A DNA stretch of 64,000 nucleotides from NCBI RefSeq assembly GCF_000143415.4, contig NW_003314262.1, forward strand, positions 5,614,304 through 5,678,303, written 5' to 3'. Positions 1 to 12,411 of the stretch are shown here, in pieces; position 1 is the stretch's first letter; every line of letters starts with the position of its first letter. The notes under the pieces were generated by a model. That model worked only from the letters and a program-made list of their open reading frames with translations, made no database searches and was not told the DNA's origin. This stretch comes from Selaginella moellendorffii (lineage: Eukaryota > Plantae > Lycopodiophyta). A program made the position numbers and the translations under genes.

Positions 1-116
1 AACTCACAAAAGACTTAGGCTCATAACCATTTATTGCCGTAAATGGAGACATACCAATAGCTGATTAATGAATGTTATTATGAGCAAATTGAAGCAAAGG
101 CAGATAATTCTCCCAT

Positions 117-590
117 ATGATCTATTCACCCAAATTGTTAGTCAAGTTGGTCAGCTTTAATCAACAGGATGGTTTATGGGGTAGTCAATATAATGACCAA
201 CCCATCAATGCTTTATATCCATGGAAGAAACAGCCATTGTTCCATTATGGCTGGAAGAGTGGAGATGGTCATGAGGTTAAAAAAACTCATTCAGACCAGT
301 ATGAAAAGGATAAGGTGGAGGGTAATTGTTTTTGTTGTCACAAGGCTGGATATCATGCCAAGGATTGTCCTCTTGTGAAGAATAAAAAAATGCTAATAAT
401 AATCTATATAGATAATGTTGCCATCCCTTCACAACAGAAAAAAAGTTGTTTGGACTAGCATGAGAAGGATAAGGTGGACAGTAATTGTTTTTGTTGTCAC
501 CAAGGTTAAACATCACTACAAGGATTGTCCTTTTATGAAGGGATTAAAGAATGTTAATAATAATCCATACAGATAATGTTGCCATTTATA
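117..590 (+). pseudogene. Decayed retroelement gag fragment with a duplicated CCHC zinc knuckle
   Basis: CFCCHKAGYHAKDC (CX2CX4HX4C) at ~326-367; near-copy at ~460-590 (CFCCHQG*TSLQGL, disrupted); no intact continuation. Confidence 0.55.
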
Positions 591-3147
591 TGTCTTCACA
601 GTAGCAATCACAATGTAAACTGATTAATATTGTTGGTTGTACAAATGTTTTTTTATTCATATTGTGAGGATCATGAGGAGGCAACCAAGATCAAGTTGGT
701 GACCTATTGGACTACAGCCAATTGCTCTACCATTGAGCTGATTAACTGCATTTGTTTTAATTTGATAGTTGAGCATTACTCCTCAAGCTAGGTTTATAAG
801 AAATTCAAGGAGGAGCTCGCTTGATCTATGTATAGAAAAGGGCAAAAAATCACATGGAAGCAACTGCCTAAGTAACAGTAGTGATAGTGAGCCTTCCTAC
901 TGTCGCTCCTAGTTGTAATTGCGGTGTTAGTATCTCTAATAAACTTGGAAGGCAAGATCTTGCTACAATTATTAGATGTGAATCGATTGATCTTTGTTGT
1001 GGGAGAAATATAAGCTTACAGTGCCTTGGATTTTACTTTTTCTTGTGAAATTGGGATGCTAATTATAATTAGTTTTGGTACTTTTGAATTTCTATTATCA
1101 TGATAATATGTTTAAATTATAATATCCTTTTGTTATTCATTTGCAATAAGTTTCAAAAAAGTATTTATAAATTATATTGAAATAGGTTAAACTTTTTATT
1201 ACTACTTATGATCTATCATGAATAAACTTGGAGTATTGAAAAGAATATATTATATTATTTATTTTTATATGTTAGTTATATATAAATAGTTTTTATTAAT
1301 TTTGTATTTAGGTATTGCTATACCATAAAATGATTAAAGAAATTTAAAATTTTAAAATTACTATAAAAATTAATATTTAAATTTTATTTATTTGGAAATA
1401 ATTATAGTTCTTATTTAAATATTTATTTCAAAAATACTATTTAGAAAATTTTTATTTTCACCATATTTAAAGAAAAATATTTAATTATTTATTCTTCAAA
1501 TAACCTTGTTAATTAAATCAAGTAAAATGATATATAAAGAAAAGTAATCTATAATAATAAGGAGGAGCTGCCAAACTTTTTAGGCTATTAGATCTCACTA
1601 ATTGGCACTATTAGATGCAAAATAACCCAGTAAATATCATTTTTTTACTATGTGTTATTTTGAAAAATATATGCAAGGTTTGAATCACCTAGTAAGCAAT
1701 TAAGGAGAAGGTGTGAGCAATAATTGCTTGTTTGTGCAACCTAGGAGGGATAAAATTTTCCACAACTTCTCTCAGCTATGAAATTCCTAAAGGAAATGCA
1801 TCACCCAATTATAAGCTCCTGAATTTGGATTTCCCTAGAGGTCACCCAATCTAATACTATTCAAACCCAAGGACATTTAACCCTAAATATCCCAAAACCT
1901 TTAACCAATTGGAAAACAGGGTGCACTCTTATTCATGGGCTTTTTTCTTCTATATTTGAACCTTATGAATCATCTCTCAAATTGTTCCCTTTGGTTGTTT
2001 ATATCAATGCAAAAGATGGAGGTTTAAGAGCTCCAAAGTTTGTGGAGAAGTAGGAGAGGAGGCGGCCACTAACTAGTACCACTCCACTCAAGCACAAGGA
2101 TGTTTGTGGTAGTCAATAGCCATTTAATACCAGAGTAAAAGCGAGTTTGTTGATAGGCATATCAAGTCTACTATACTTTATGTTGTTTTGTCTATCCTTT
2201 TTGAAAGTTCTCACTTCTTTCCCTAAGATTGGCTTAATAGTGGAGTGCTATGGCTAGCACTCTTGAGCATTGGAGCGCCATGTGGAGTGCCATGGCTATC
2301 CAATAGCCCAAGTGCCATAGGAAATCGATTGATCCAATTTGCTACTAGCATTTAGTTCTTTGGTGAGTGTTTATCATTTGAATTCATGGGCACAGATTTA
2401 GGAAATTGGGTGCTAGGTTAGAGAATTGCTGAGGCATAAGTTATGGATAGTAGGTGACAAAAAATGTTACATGCTATATATATATAACCCCCTGCATCAT
2501 TTATCAATTCTTTTGGCTTTTGGAAAAATCTTTATGTGGGAATTATGTGGGTATGAGAACAAAAGCTCTTGGGGTTTCTGTCGAGGGAATGGCTGTTGAG
2601 TTTAGTGGTGATTGTGTAGCAAATGTTACTTAGGTGGCAAAATCAAATATCATTTCCTAACTTGGATATTATGATTAAATTTTTTTTTTACTTAAACTTG
2701 CCCAAATAGTTAAGATGCCACTTAGCCTATCATATATATTGGGATAAAAATGCAATTACGAAAAAGAAGGTGATAAAATTGAAGATGGGTAAACATAAGG
2801 TATATCATGAATATCAAAATAGAATAAAAAAATTAATTCAACTAAGGCAATCTACATTTACTACTATTGGTTTCTTTAGTAATAACATTTTATTTTAATA
2901 GTTTGTTTCTACAAGATTTATTTTTTAGGTAATGGCTTTGGGATAGTGTAATACATAAATCCCTAAGCCCCAAAGTGGGGTTAAAAGGGTGCCATATGAT
3001 AGTGGCTAAAGCAAAAATGAAATAAGCATAACACATTTAAATTAAAAGCTCTAACTTGGAAAGTTAAGAGTTAGAGTGGAACTCCCAACAAAGTGCTCAA
3101 GGAATGAGCACAAAATAATCAATAATAAATAATTGTTGAGAGTTTTA

Positions 3148-4424
3148 AGGGGTTTTCGCACCCACCATTAATTTAGGGCTTTTACATCAAAGGAATTTAG
3201 CCTAACTTAAAATTTTAATGTTATTCTATTCACACCAATATTAGTTAATAATAGCATTAGTAGTTATTAGTCATTTTGGGTGATAAAAACTTTGGATAAT
3301 GTTAACCGATTCACACTCCCATTAAATTAGCTAATTTAATGATGCTATGTTCACACTAGCTATTAAGTTATACCTTTTACAACATCATTTAAAGGTGGCG
3401 CTTCTTTGGATTTAACCATTTATGCCCTGAAATATCCAGTGCTAGCTCGAAATTTCCTAGCGAAGATCCTTCATCATAGTTATGCGATGCTGCTGCTGGT
3501 GATCCAATATTGCGATGCTACTGCTTAATCTAATCATCTCAAAATATCCAATGCTAACTTGAAATTTCCCTCTTGCGATCATGAACACTTGGACCACCAA
3601 AACTCATGATACCTCCACCAAGAACACTAATAGCAACACCATGAGAACTTGCAGTAGCTCCAAAACCAAGAACAAGAGTTCCTACACATGATCCACTACC
3701 ACTGCTTTCACTTCCACCAACAGCAAGACAATGAGAGCTTGCACCTGCTCTAAGAAGAAGAGTTCCACCAGCACCTGGTCCAAGATCTCCAACAGCAACA
3801 CCATGAGAATCTGCACTAAGACTTCCACTAGCACTTGGTCCAAAACTTCCAGCAGCAATAGAGTGAGAATCTGGGCCAAGAGTTCCACCAGCACCTAAGC
3901 CAAGACTTCCAACACCAACACCGTGAGAACCTAAGCCAAGACCTCCAACACCAACACCATGAAAACCTACTCCAGTCATCCATAGCATGCTTGGCTAGAA
4001 GTAAAATGCTCTAAAATGTGCTAGAAATGCCTAGAAATGCCTAGGATTGATCTCTTACCTCGTTTCCACCATAGTACGCTTGCCAACACCATGCCTTGTT
4101 GCTCCATGGGCATCGCCACTACTTGTAGCCAACAACACTGTGCACCGCATGCCACGCCAAAATGAAAGCAAGTGAAAGCCCTATAGAATATTCGTGAATA
4201 TTTTAATCCTAATGCTACAAAAGTGTAGCATTAGGATTTTAACGAAAAATGCATAAGAAATGCTAATGGAAACATTAGCTTATTTTAATGTTAATTTCTG
4301 GTGTGAACAAGTTACCATTAAATTTAATAGTTAAATTAAAGTTTACAAATTTAATATAATAATGTAATGGTGTGAACAAATTACCATTAAATTTACAAAG
4401 TTAATGGTGGGTGTGAAAACCCCT
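3148..4424. mobile_element. Non-autonomous PIF/Harbinger-type DNA transposon
   Basis: TIRs AGGGGTTTTCGCACCCACCATTAA / TTAATGGTGGGTGTGAAAACCCCT; TTA on both flanks (3145-3147, 4425-4427); subterminal TTCACAC/GTGTGAA motifs; no transposase. Confidence 0.85.
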
Positions 4425-4908
4425 TTACATCTAAATTGTTAATCGGGTAACACCTATACAAGTGATATATGTGCTTGCCACTAGAGCAGCTAAGCCTCAC
4501 CAATGGATAAGGCAATTATTTGTCTATACTAATATATTGACAATATATTAATCAAGCAATTCATATGGATTGCCTCTCTCTAGGCATGAGACTTACATTT
4601 CAAACATGAGGTTAGTCTTAATACAAAAAAATTAAACACCTTTATAAATCTTTTGACTAACAACAAATATAGTTAATTAGGTTTTGAATTTATAGTTTGT
4701 ATCTAACATATATTAGAAACAATTATATTTTGTAATTCTTTTCTTAGTTTTACCTGGGTCTGAGTAGTAGTATTAGCATTCTTAAAATTTATTGTTCTAT
4801 ATTCTAAGTAAAGCACATGGCAAAGTAATTATTTGTTAAATTAATTAATTTATGTGTTTGAGTTTAAGGGTATATACAATTTTTTATTTCTAGGCTAAAC
4901 TTTGTTTG

Positions 4909-6434
4909 TGTAGTGCACCTTATCTCTCTCCCTTTAAACCAATTGGAAAAGAGGCAATTGCTTGATGAGAGAGTCCTTAATGGCTATTTTATCCCCATTT
5001 ATCCCCCAAGGTTCCAAGGATCCACGGTAATAGTATATCCAAATCTCATCCCATGATCACATGTGCTACACTCACCCCCCCTTCAGAGATGTCAATGTCC
5101 TCATTGACTATTGACTAACAACCCCTATTGAGCCGCCTTTATTTCCGCATTGAATCTATTAATCCTTCTATAGGACATTGACTATTGACTAACAACCCTT
5201 ACTGAGCCAAGGGGAACCAACACCTCCATTTCCGCACTGAATCTACCAATCCTTCTATTGTGTAGATTAACTATTCCATGTAAGTCAACTAATCATCCAC
5301 CCGTACCACCTCCATTTTCGCACTGAATCTACCAATCCTATCAATTCTTCTATTGTGTAGACTAGTTATTCCATTTCCGCACTAAATCTACCAATCCTTC
5401 CATTGTGTAGACTAGCTATTCCATGTGAGGCAACTAGTCATCCACCCGTACCGCCTCCATTTCCGCACTAAATCTACCAATCCTTCTATTTTGTATACTA
5501 GCTATTCCATTTCCGCACTGAATCTACCAATCCTTCCATTGTGTAGACTAGCTATTCCATGTGAGGCAACTAATCATCCATCCGTACCGCCTCCATTTTC
5601 ACACTGAATCTACCAATCCTTCTATTGTGTAAACTAGCTATTCCATTTCCACACTGAATCTACCAATCCTTCCAATCCTTCTATTGTGTAGATTAGCTAT
5701 TCCATTTCCACACTGAATCTACCAATCTTTCCATTGTGTAAACTAGTTATTCCATGTGAGGCAACTAGTCATCCACCTATACCGCCTCCATTTCCGCACT
5801 GAATCTACCAATCCTTCTATTGTGTAGACTAGTTATTCCATTTCCGCACTGAATCTACCAATCCTTCCATTGTGTAAACTAGTTATTCCATGTGAGGCAA
5901 ATAGTCATCCATCTGTACCGCCTCTATTTCCGCATTGAATTTATCAATCCTTCTATTGTGTAGACTAGCTATTCATTTCCGCACTGAATCTATCAATCCT
6001 TCCATTGTGTAGACTAGTTATTCCATGTGAGGCAATTAGTCATCCATTCGTACTCCTTCCATTTTCGCACTGAATTTACCAATCCTTCTATTATGTAGAT
6101 TAACTATTCCATGTGTGTGTCTCACGGTGGATACCTTCGTCCGTGGATACTCCACACAAGAGGAAGAACGTATGCATGGATGCCTAATATGTACGATTTC
6201 AAATTTAGGGGTAGGAATATACCTTACTCAATGGTATATTATATTTTTAAGTAGCCACTAATCAATGTGGATTAGTGGCTCCGATACCAACTGTAGCACA
6301 TCTTATCTCTCTCCCCTTAAGCCAACTGGAAAAAAGGAAATTACCTTATAAGAGAGCCTTTAATGGCTATTTTATCCCCATTTATCCCCCAAGGTTCCAA
6401 AGATCAACGGTGATAGTATATCTAAATCTCATCC
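4909..6434 (-). mobile_element. TRIM-like non-autonomous LTR element
   Basis: LTR 4909-5070 (TGTAG..CTACA) and truncated similar LTR 6292-~6434; minus-strand PBS TGGTATCGGAGC 6278-6289; PPT AGGGGGGGTGAG next to 5070; non-coding interior. Confidence 0.8.
5143..6112. repeat. Tandem array of a 50-bp unit plus a 36-bp unit, ~136-bp higher-order period
   Basis: About 14 copies of TTCCGCACTGAATCTACCAATCCTTCYATTGTGTAGACTAGYTATTCCAT; GTGAGGCAA unit starts at 5425, 5561, 5756, 5892, 6027. Confidence 0.9.
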
Positions 6435-6752
6435 TAGTAAAAACATACTTTGCATGTAACATCTGATTAATAAAATTATTTTTTAGTAATTCTTCATTTA
6501 CTTTATTTAGTCTTGGAGTGTACTAAATATATTTATATTCTAATAACTATAAAAAAATTATTCTTAGTAATTTATTTTTTACTTTTCTCTGGGTTGGATA
6601 TTTAAGTTTCCTTAAATTTTAGTGTTTTAAATATATTTATATTCCCAAGTAATAATTTTCATATATTATCTTTATCAATAATATTTACTTACTAATTATT
6701 TTTTTTTCACTTCAGGATATTCTAAGTACATGGTATATGTTGTATAGTATTG

Positions 6753-6758
<6 letters not shown>

Positions 6759-6794
<36 letters not shown>
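6759..6794. repeat. (TA)n microsatellite
   Basis: Direct reading. Confidence 0.95.
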
Positions 6795-6802
<8 letters not shown>

Positions 6803-7964
6803 TATAGATATCAAAAGGAAAAAATTGTATAAAACTATTGATTTTTGTACTCATCCAGCATTTGCTGGACAATGTCTATTGAGATAATAAGGAGGAGTTA
6901 CTGAACTTTTTTGGCTGTTAGATCTGTCAAAAGGTTATTTCCTTAACCATATGTTACTGAAATATTTTAATAAGATTTTGTCTTTGGCTAATAATTGTTT
7001 GCATCATGCATGTTTGGGCAAGAATCAAAATGGCACTATCTGCTCCCTCAATCTCAATCCCTCTGAATCTCTTAACAGCATGCAGCAAGCTATATGGAGC
7101 AAAGGTTAGGCATGGGGAAGGTGCTCTATAGATTTGCAAACAAAGTTATGGGTTGAAAGCTTAATTTCAACCATACAGATACTCATTGAGGTGTTGGCCT
7201 CTGAAAAGAATGCTAAACAAAGTTGGTGATTAGATTCCAAATGCACATGTTAATCTCCATAAGAACTTAAGGTTACTGCTTGAACTGGGAATTTCTTGGT
7301 AGTGGGACAATAAACAAGATTGCTGGCTCAGCCAAAAGAATGTCTAGTCTTAAGTGAGCTAGGGCAGCGCTTGCTTTTGCCAATTGCCTTCATGAATAAC
7401 CACACTGTGTTTTCTGCTTGCTGCCTCGAGTCAAGCAGGTTCTTAAGCTTCACATCAGCACTTCATGGTGGGAGAAAGAGCCTAGAGCAAGAGAAAGAGC
7501 AATGTTTGTGTACCCGTGCTTACAACATTATTTTAGTTTCTCCAACTCGAAGTTAGTGTCCAATTTACAGTTTCTCGGATGCGAACATAAATTGATTATA
7601 AGAGTCTATCAAATCGTTCATAGTCATCTTACAGGTTTAATCTGGAAGGATATTAGCAAAGTATATGCAAGCCACTTGTATGGACAATGGCGAGGTGCTG
7701 AGAATGGTAAGGATAATCTAGGTTGTGAGGATATTGTGAAGTGTTTTATAGTTTCAAAGGCATTTCCTCCAGGCTTAATACTTGCTGTTGGATGTGATGC
7801 TGCCTTAGAGATCCAGCAAGAGATTATTGATAATATGTGAACAAAAAAAACTTTGCCAACCAGGCTAGTCAGATATAAAATTGTATTTAACCATATCATT
7901 AGTATAACAGAACAAACGTTCTGAAAGAATGATCAAATTCTACAACCTATGATGCAGCTATCAA

Positions 7965-10528
7965 TCAACTGGGATGATTAGTTTTGCACATACATTCAGC
8001 CACTGGGTAGCCCAATACGTCCCGCCCTTTTTTCTCCATCCACATGGCAGGCTGGCCAACCGATTCTCGGTGTAATTCCCGGATGGCAGCGTTGAAGTCT
8101 CTCTGGGGAAGGCTCGAATTGAGGAAGAAAGGTAGCATTTCTCTCTTGTTAGGGGTTATATGCTTCCGATGGCCTGTGTAAGCTCTATGTCCCTGTTGCG
8201 GCAAGATCAAAATGTTCTATTAGATTTAAAAGAAATTCAAAACTGCATCTTACCTTGAGAGCGTGACCCATGTTTCCTCCATGAGATGGCATGAACACGT
8301 CGCTGTTTAAAGAGACGACGTAGTCAATTGCTGCGAGCCTGGACGCCTTGCTGCGAAAGGCCTCCAGCTCTTGAGGAGTTGCAATGTCGTGCTTGTTGAC
8401 CAAGTTTGGGAATTCCTGCTTGAGTTGCTGCAAAGCTCGTGATCCTCCAAATGGTTCCCCCCCAGCCCAGTAAATCCGGGTCCAGGACGTGGCTCCAAGT
8501 CCTCGAAGCAACCTGCACAGATACAACACAATAAGCATCATCACGATCTGGAATGGAGCTTTCAAAAACAAAGAAGCACAATAGCGAAAATTAAAACAAC
8601 AAAAAGCCCATGACGAGCACGACCGACGACTTCTTGAATGCAAAGTGCAACTCCCAAGGATTACGATTTCATGACTTCAAAGAAACAGTCTGTCTCTTAC
8701 GGGACCCGGGAACGGCTTACTCCGTTTTCTTGCTGGCCTCACGAATCTCAGCCGCAATAATATGCAGGGCATTTAGTGGTGCGATAGTGGAGCAAGCAGT
8801 ACTAGAAAGACAATAAGTACACCCCAGTCACAACACTAGAAGGCAGCACGAGAAGCAGTAGTTGTAAATGTCGCCAATCAGAAAAATGAGCTGGCTGGGA
8901 TCAGGCGAGCAAAAAGATCATGCAAAGCATGATGGTCAGCTGAATAATTGCATCCCTCTCTACGACAACGACGGTTGAAAAGAATTGCGCTAGGACAGCG
9001 ACACACAAGATCGATCGCAAAGCATACAACCAAGCTGCTAGAAGCTCTGCATAAAGTATCCATGCACAAAACTACAAAGAAGTTGCGATGATCCGGAAAG
9101 AAAGCAGCGTGCAATAACATAATGCCGGCTCAATAGCAACCAAAAGAAAAGGCAGCACGAACGATCCATGACCAAAGATATGGTTAAGAAACGCTTACCT
9201 TGCTACTTCTTTTGCCGTGAGCGGACAAAGTCCAGCAAGTTGACGTTCTTCTTGGGTCATGTTGGTTCGTCCAGTGAGGAGTTTCGGATTGAGGCGTCGC
9301 TCGGTCCGAATTTCTTCGTCATGCTCGGGCCCCAGGCCTGGAAGACAGCCTGTTCTAACCCACACGTCTTTTTCTAGACGCAAGTGGAGGGCCAAGTAAG
9401 GACCTTGACTCCACATTCGTTGAGTGATTTGATCGCCAAGTGCCTGTATCGGAGCTGCAAATCGAAGGGCGTGGAACGCTACCTGCTCACCAATAAAAAA
9501 CAAGCGAGTTGTAAAGTGGAAGATAAAACTAAGACTATCTGCGCTTACTTTGCAACGAAGCTTCTGGAGGTCTGCTGGTAGATCTTTGGACAACCGCGAG
9601 TCGAGGCCTCGTAGTAAGAGAATGCCATCTCTCCTAAGCTGGAAAGGCAAGAACAAAAAAGAAAGGGTCAGAAAATCTAGCTCTGGCTAAGCTGTGCTTA
9701 CTCGTTTTGAGTAGTGTTGCTTGAACCATTCCGGGCTAGCGTTCAAAGGCGTCCGCTTCTCCTCGGCTGGTCGCGTTCCGATATGAGTCGAGGGCAGCGA
9801 AGTTACGATCCTCACGTCGGCTTGCAAGCTCGTCTTGAAATGCTCGAAATCGAAGATGTCAGAAAATTCACTGATCGCGAGGAGATAAAACAATGATAAG
9901 CCACACGGGATCCAAAGAGAAAAGAAGAGACGAATGCCCACCTATCATCGCCCCATATAACATTGACTTGCATGATCGGAACCACGAGAGCAGCGCCGAG
10001 GATACGCGCGATGACCACGGCATCAACTATCTGGTTGCGTTGCTGGTTCAATCCTCCCGAGACGACGACAACCAGATAGTTCCTCCTGTCCGAAAGGATG
10101 CGGGACGAATCCAGTCCGTAGCGATCGCTGAATTTCAAGCACGGCTTGTAGCCCTGATCGTCTGGCTGCTGCCAAAAGTCCCTCTCTTCGTTCGTGAGAT
10201 TCCCAAGCACGAAATTCTTCGATGTAGATGGCGCTAGATCATCGCGATGGCGATCCAAGGCATCCTTGCCGCCGTTGTCGAAGAAGCTGGAGGTGGAGGT
10301 GGCTTTGTTGTTGCAATTCTCGTCGCCGGGATGCCATCGGCTCAAGAACACGAACATGCTCAAGACGCCAAAGCCTGCGATGAGAATCCCCCAAAGGCTC
10401 ACAATGTAGGTTGCCCGGCTAAAGAATCGCTTCGTGGGCCGCTTCTTGGGAGAGAGGAGTAAGGCGGTGAGCGCTGTGCTGGGAACGAGCGCTGGAATCG
10501 TTATCAGGGACGGCTTGCTGATCGCCAT
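7965..10528 (-). CDS. O-fucosyltransferase family (DUF246-type) Golgi glycosyltransferase, 6 exons: 10528-9942, 9870-9702, 9638-9549, 9482-9199, 8512-8254, 8192-7965
   Basis: N-terminal TM anchor; motifs SGGLNQQRNQIVDAVVIARILGA, YLALHLRLEKD, GLCPLT, AAIDYVVSLNSDVF, GNMGHALKGHRAY, YPVAECMC; GT-AG introns. Confidence 0.93.
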
Positions 10529-11558
10529 GGATCAAAGCGCGAGAGGAGAAGGAGAGAAAAAGATCTGTCCTGGACGGAAATATTTCGGCGGTGGAGTGGA
10601 TCGCGATCTCAGCTTAGAATCCCAGCGACGCCTCCTGCTATCCGTGCTCCCTGTTCTTGGCGGTCCTCCAGCTGCGATCCCTGTGGCCGCATTCGTATGC
10701 GTCGCCTTGTCGCATGCTGCTCCCAAACATCCACCGAGCAAGAGTGTGGCGAGGCGATCGATCGACGAAACCACCGGCGCAACCTAGCGCCGCGCTGGAT
10801 CGATGGAGGAATGCGACCGCGCACGACCGATACCAAATGCTGAGGAGACGCTTGAGCGAACATAAGAACCCTAAGCCTCTTCTCAAACGTGGAGCCTTGA
10901 TCTCCAAGAAAACTAACCTGATAGGCAAAAAGAGAATGGAATGGAGAGAGAGAGAGAGCACTGGTCTTTCCTGCCAGCTCATGGGCCTCCTTTCCACGTC
11001 TCTGCCACGTCACGGGTAAGATACATACTCCGTAGAATTCTACAGCCAGCTGGAAAGCTAATGGTTAGTTGGGTGGTTTCAATAGTTGTTTGATTTGGAA
11101 TTTTCTCATCCTTTTGGCACTATTACGTTAAAATAATCTCTGGAAATATCAGCTATAGAAAATTTTAAGCCATAATTTAATGTTTTTCTGGTTGAAAGAG
11201 AGATGTCAGCTTTGGTGTGCACAATGCAGCTGGAGGCCAACTTATGGACACACACAAAAAAAAGAGTGTAGGTAGATAGATAGGCAGCTCTCTTTGCTTT
11301 GGTGGTTTGGAAAGGTCTTAGCATTGGCTGCCTGCTTTCTAGATTTGCTTTGAGCATTCCTGCAAGAAAAAGAGAAAGAGAAAAGAAAAAATAGAGAAAA
11401 AAGAGATGAGCAAAAGAGTTAATAAAGAAAGGAAGCCAAGAAAGAGACTCAAGAACAGCTCTAGCACTCCAGCCAGCAGCAGCGTTGTTTCTTGTTTGGA
11501 GGTGTATCCAAGTCCTTTGTGGTTTGCTGTCAATCCTGCCTGTAACACAACTGTGAAA

Positions 11559-11602
11559 GCAGCAGTAGCAGTAGCAGTAGCAGCAGCAGCAGCAGCAGCA
11601 AC
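11559..11602. repeat. (CAG)/(CAGTAG) simple repeat
   Basis: Direct reading. Confidence 0.85.
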
Positions 11603-12411
11603 AGTGGACTTTGGTTCTCTTTCTCTCCGAGTCCTGTTCTTCCCGCGCCTTGCATAAAAATTCTTACAATATATCTCTTACTAGCAAGAGAGAAAGCAGC
11701 AGTACCTTATTATTCCTGGTGTACAGGAGCTTTGCATTGAATCGGTTGATGCTATCTCTCTCCTTTGTTTTGGCACGGCAGCTTTTCTTACATGCCTATC
11801 TTCTCGTCTCGATTTTTGACTCCGCCTGACACCGATATCCTCCTGCAGTATGTATAACTAATAAGGATCCAATGCTGGATTAGCTCAGCATGGCTAAGCT
11901 AAGACGGTTCCAAAGGCTTGAAACTAATCTGAGGAAAAACAGCCATACCTCTCCACCAGCGCGGGCGATTGTTCGTACGTTTGTGATGCTCCTTGCTTGG
12001 TTGCTCTGGCATTCTTGTCCGCCATGGAGCTCGTATCTCCATCATCTCCATCGCCAACTGCTTGTCGTCACGGCTCCAGCTGCATCACTGCATGTGAGAA
12101 CAAAGGAGAAAAAACAGAAATAAATGAATAAGAAAAACCATGTTAAGAAACATTTAAAAAAATGTCTCGCACCTCACAGGTCTGAGATATCCTGCCGCTG
12201 CCAAAGCCCTTGAAGTCATGTGTTTGCATTTAGACGTTCACGTACAGCTCTAGCAATTTGCCTCGGAGAAGACCCAAGTTCGTTGGCAGCAGCAGCAGAG
12301 CAGGATCCAAAGTTTCTGTCTTCTTTATGTTTTCTTTTCCTCCTTTCTCCTGTCAAACGAACGCGTAAGAGCATTAGATGAAGAGAGACTCATACCTTCT
12401 AAGTCGGAAGA

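Noticed and set aside
3554-3988. 144-aa Gly-rich ORF as a host gene
   Set aside because: Low-complexity repeat inside a TIR element; openness is explained by repeat composition
5143-6112. CRISPR array (unit has a TCTAC..GTAGA hairpin reminiscent of Cas12a repeats)
   Set aside because: Intervening sequences are themselves repeated rather than unique spacers; no cas genes; lies inside a plant LTR element
6954-7899. Short ORFs as a gene
   Set aside because: No recognisable motif or consistent exon chain; at most a decayed fragment
10532-11019. Overlapping ORFs/uORFs upstream of the fucosyltransferase
   Set aside because: GC-rich leader is open in many frames; no conservation evidence available
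11339-12320. Small poly-Ala or other ORFs
   Set aside because: Derived from simple repeats; no coherent gene model
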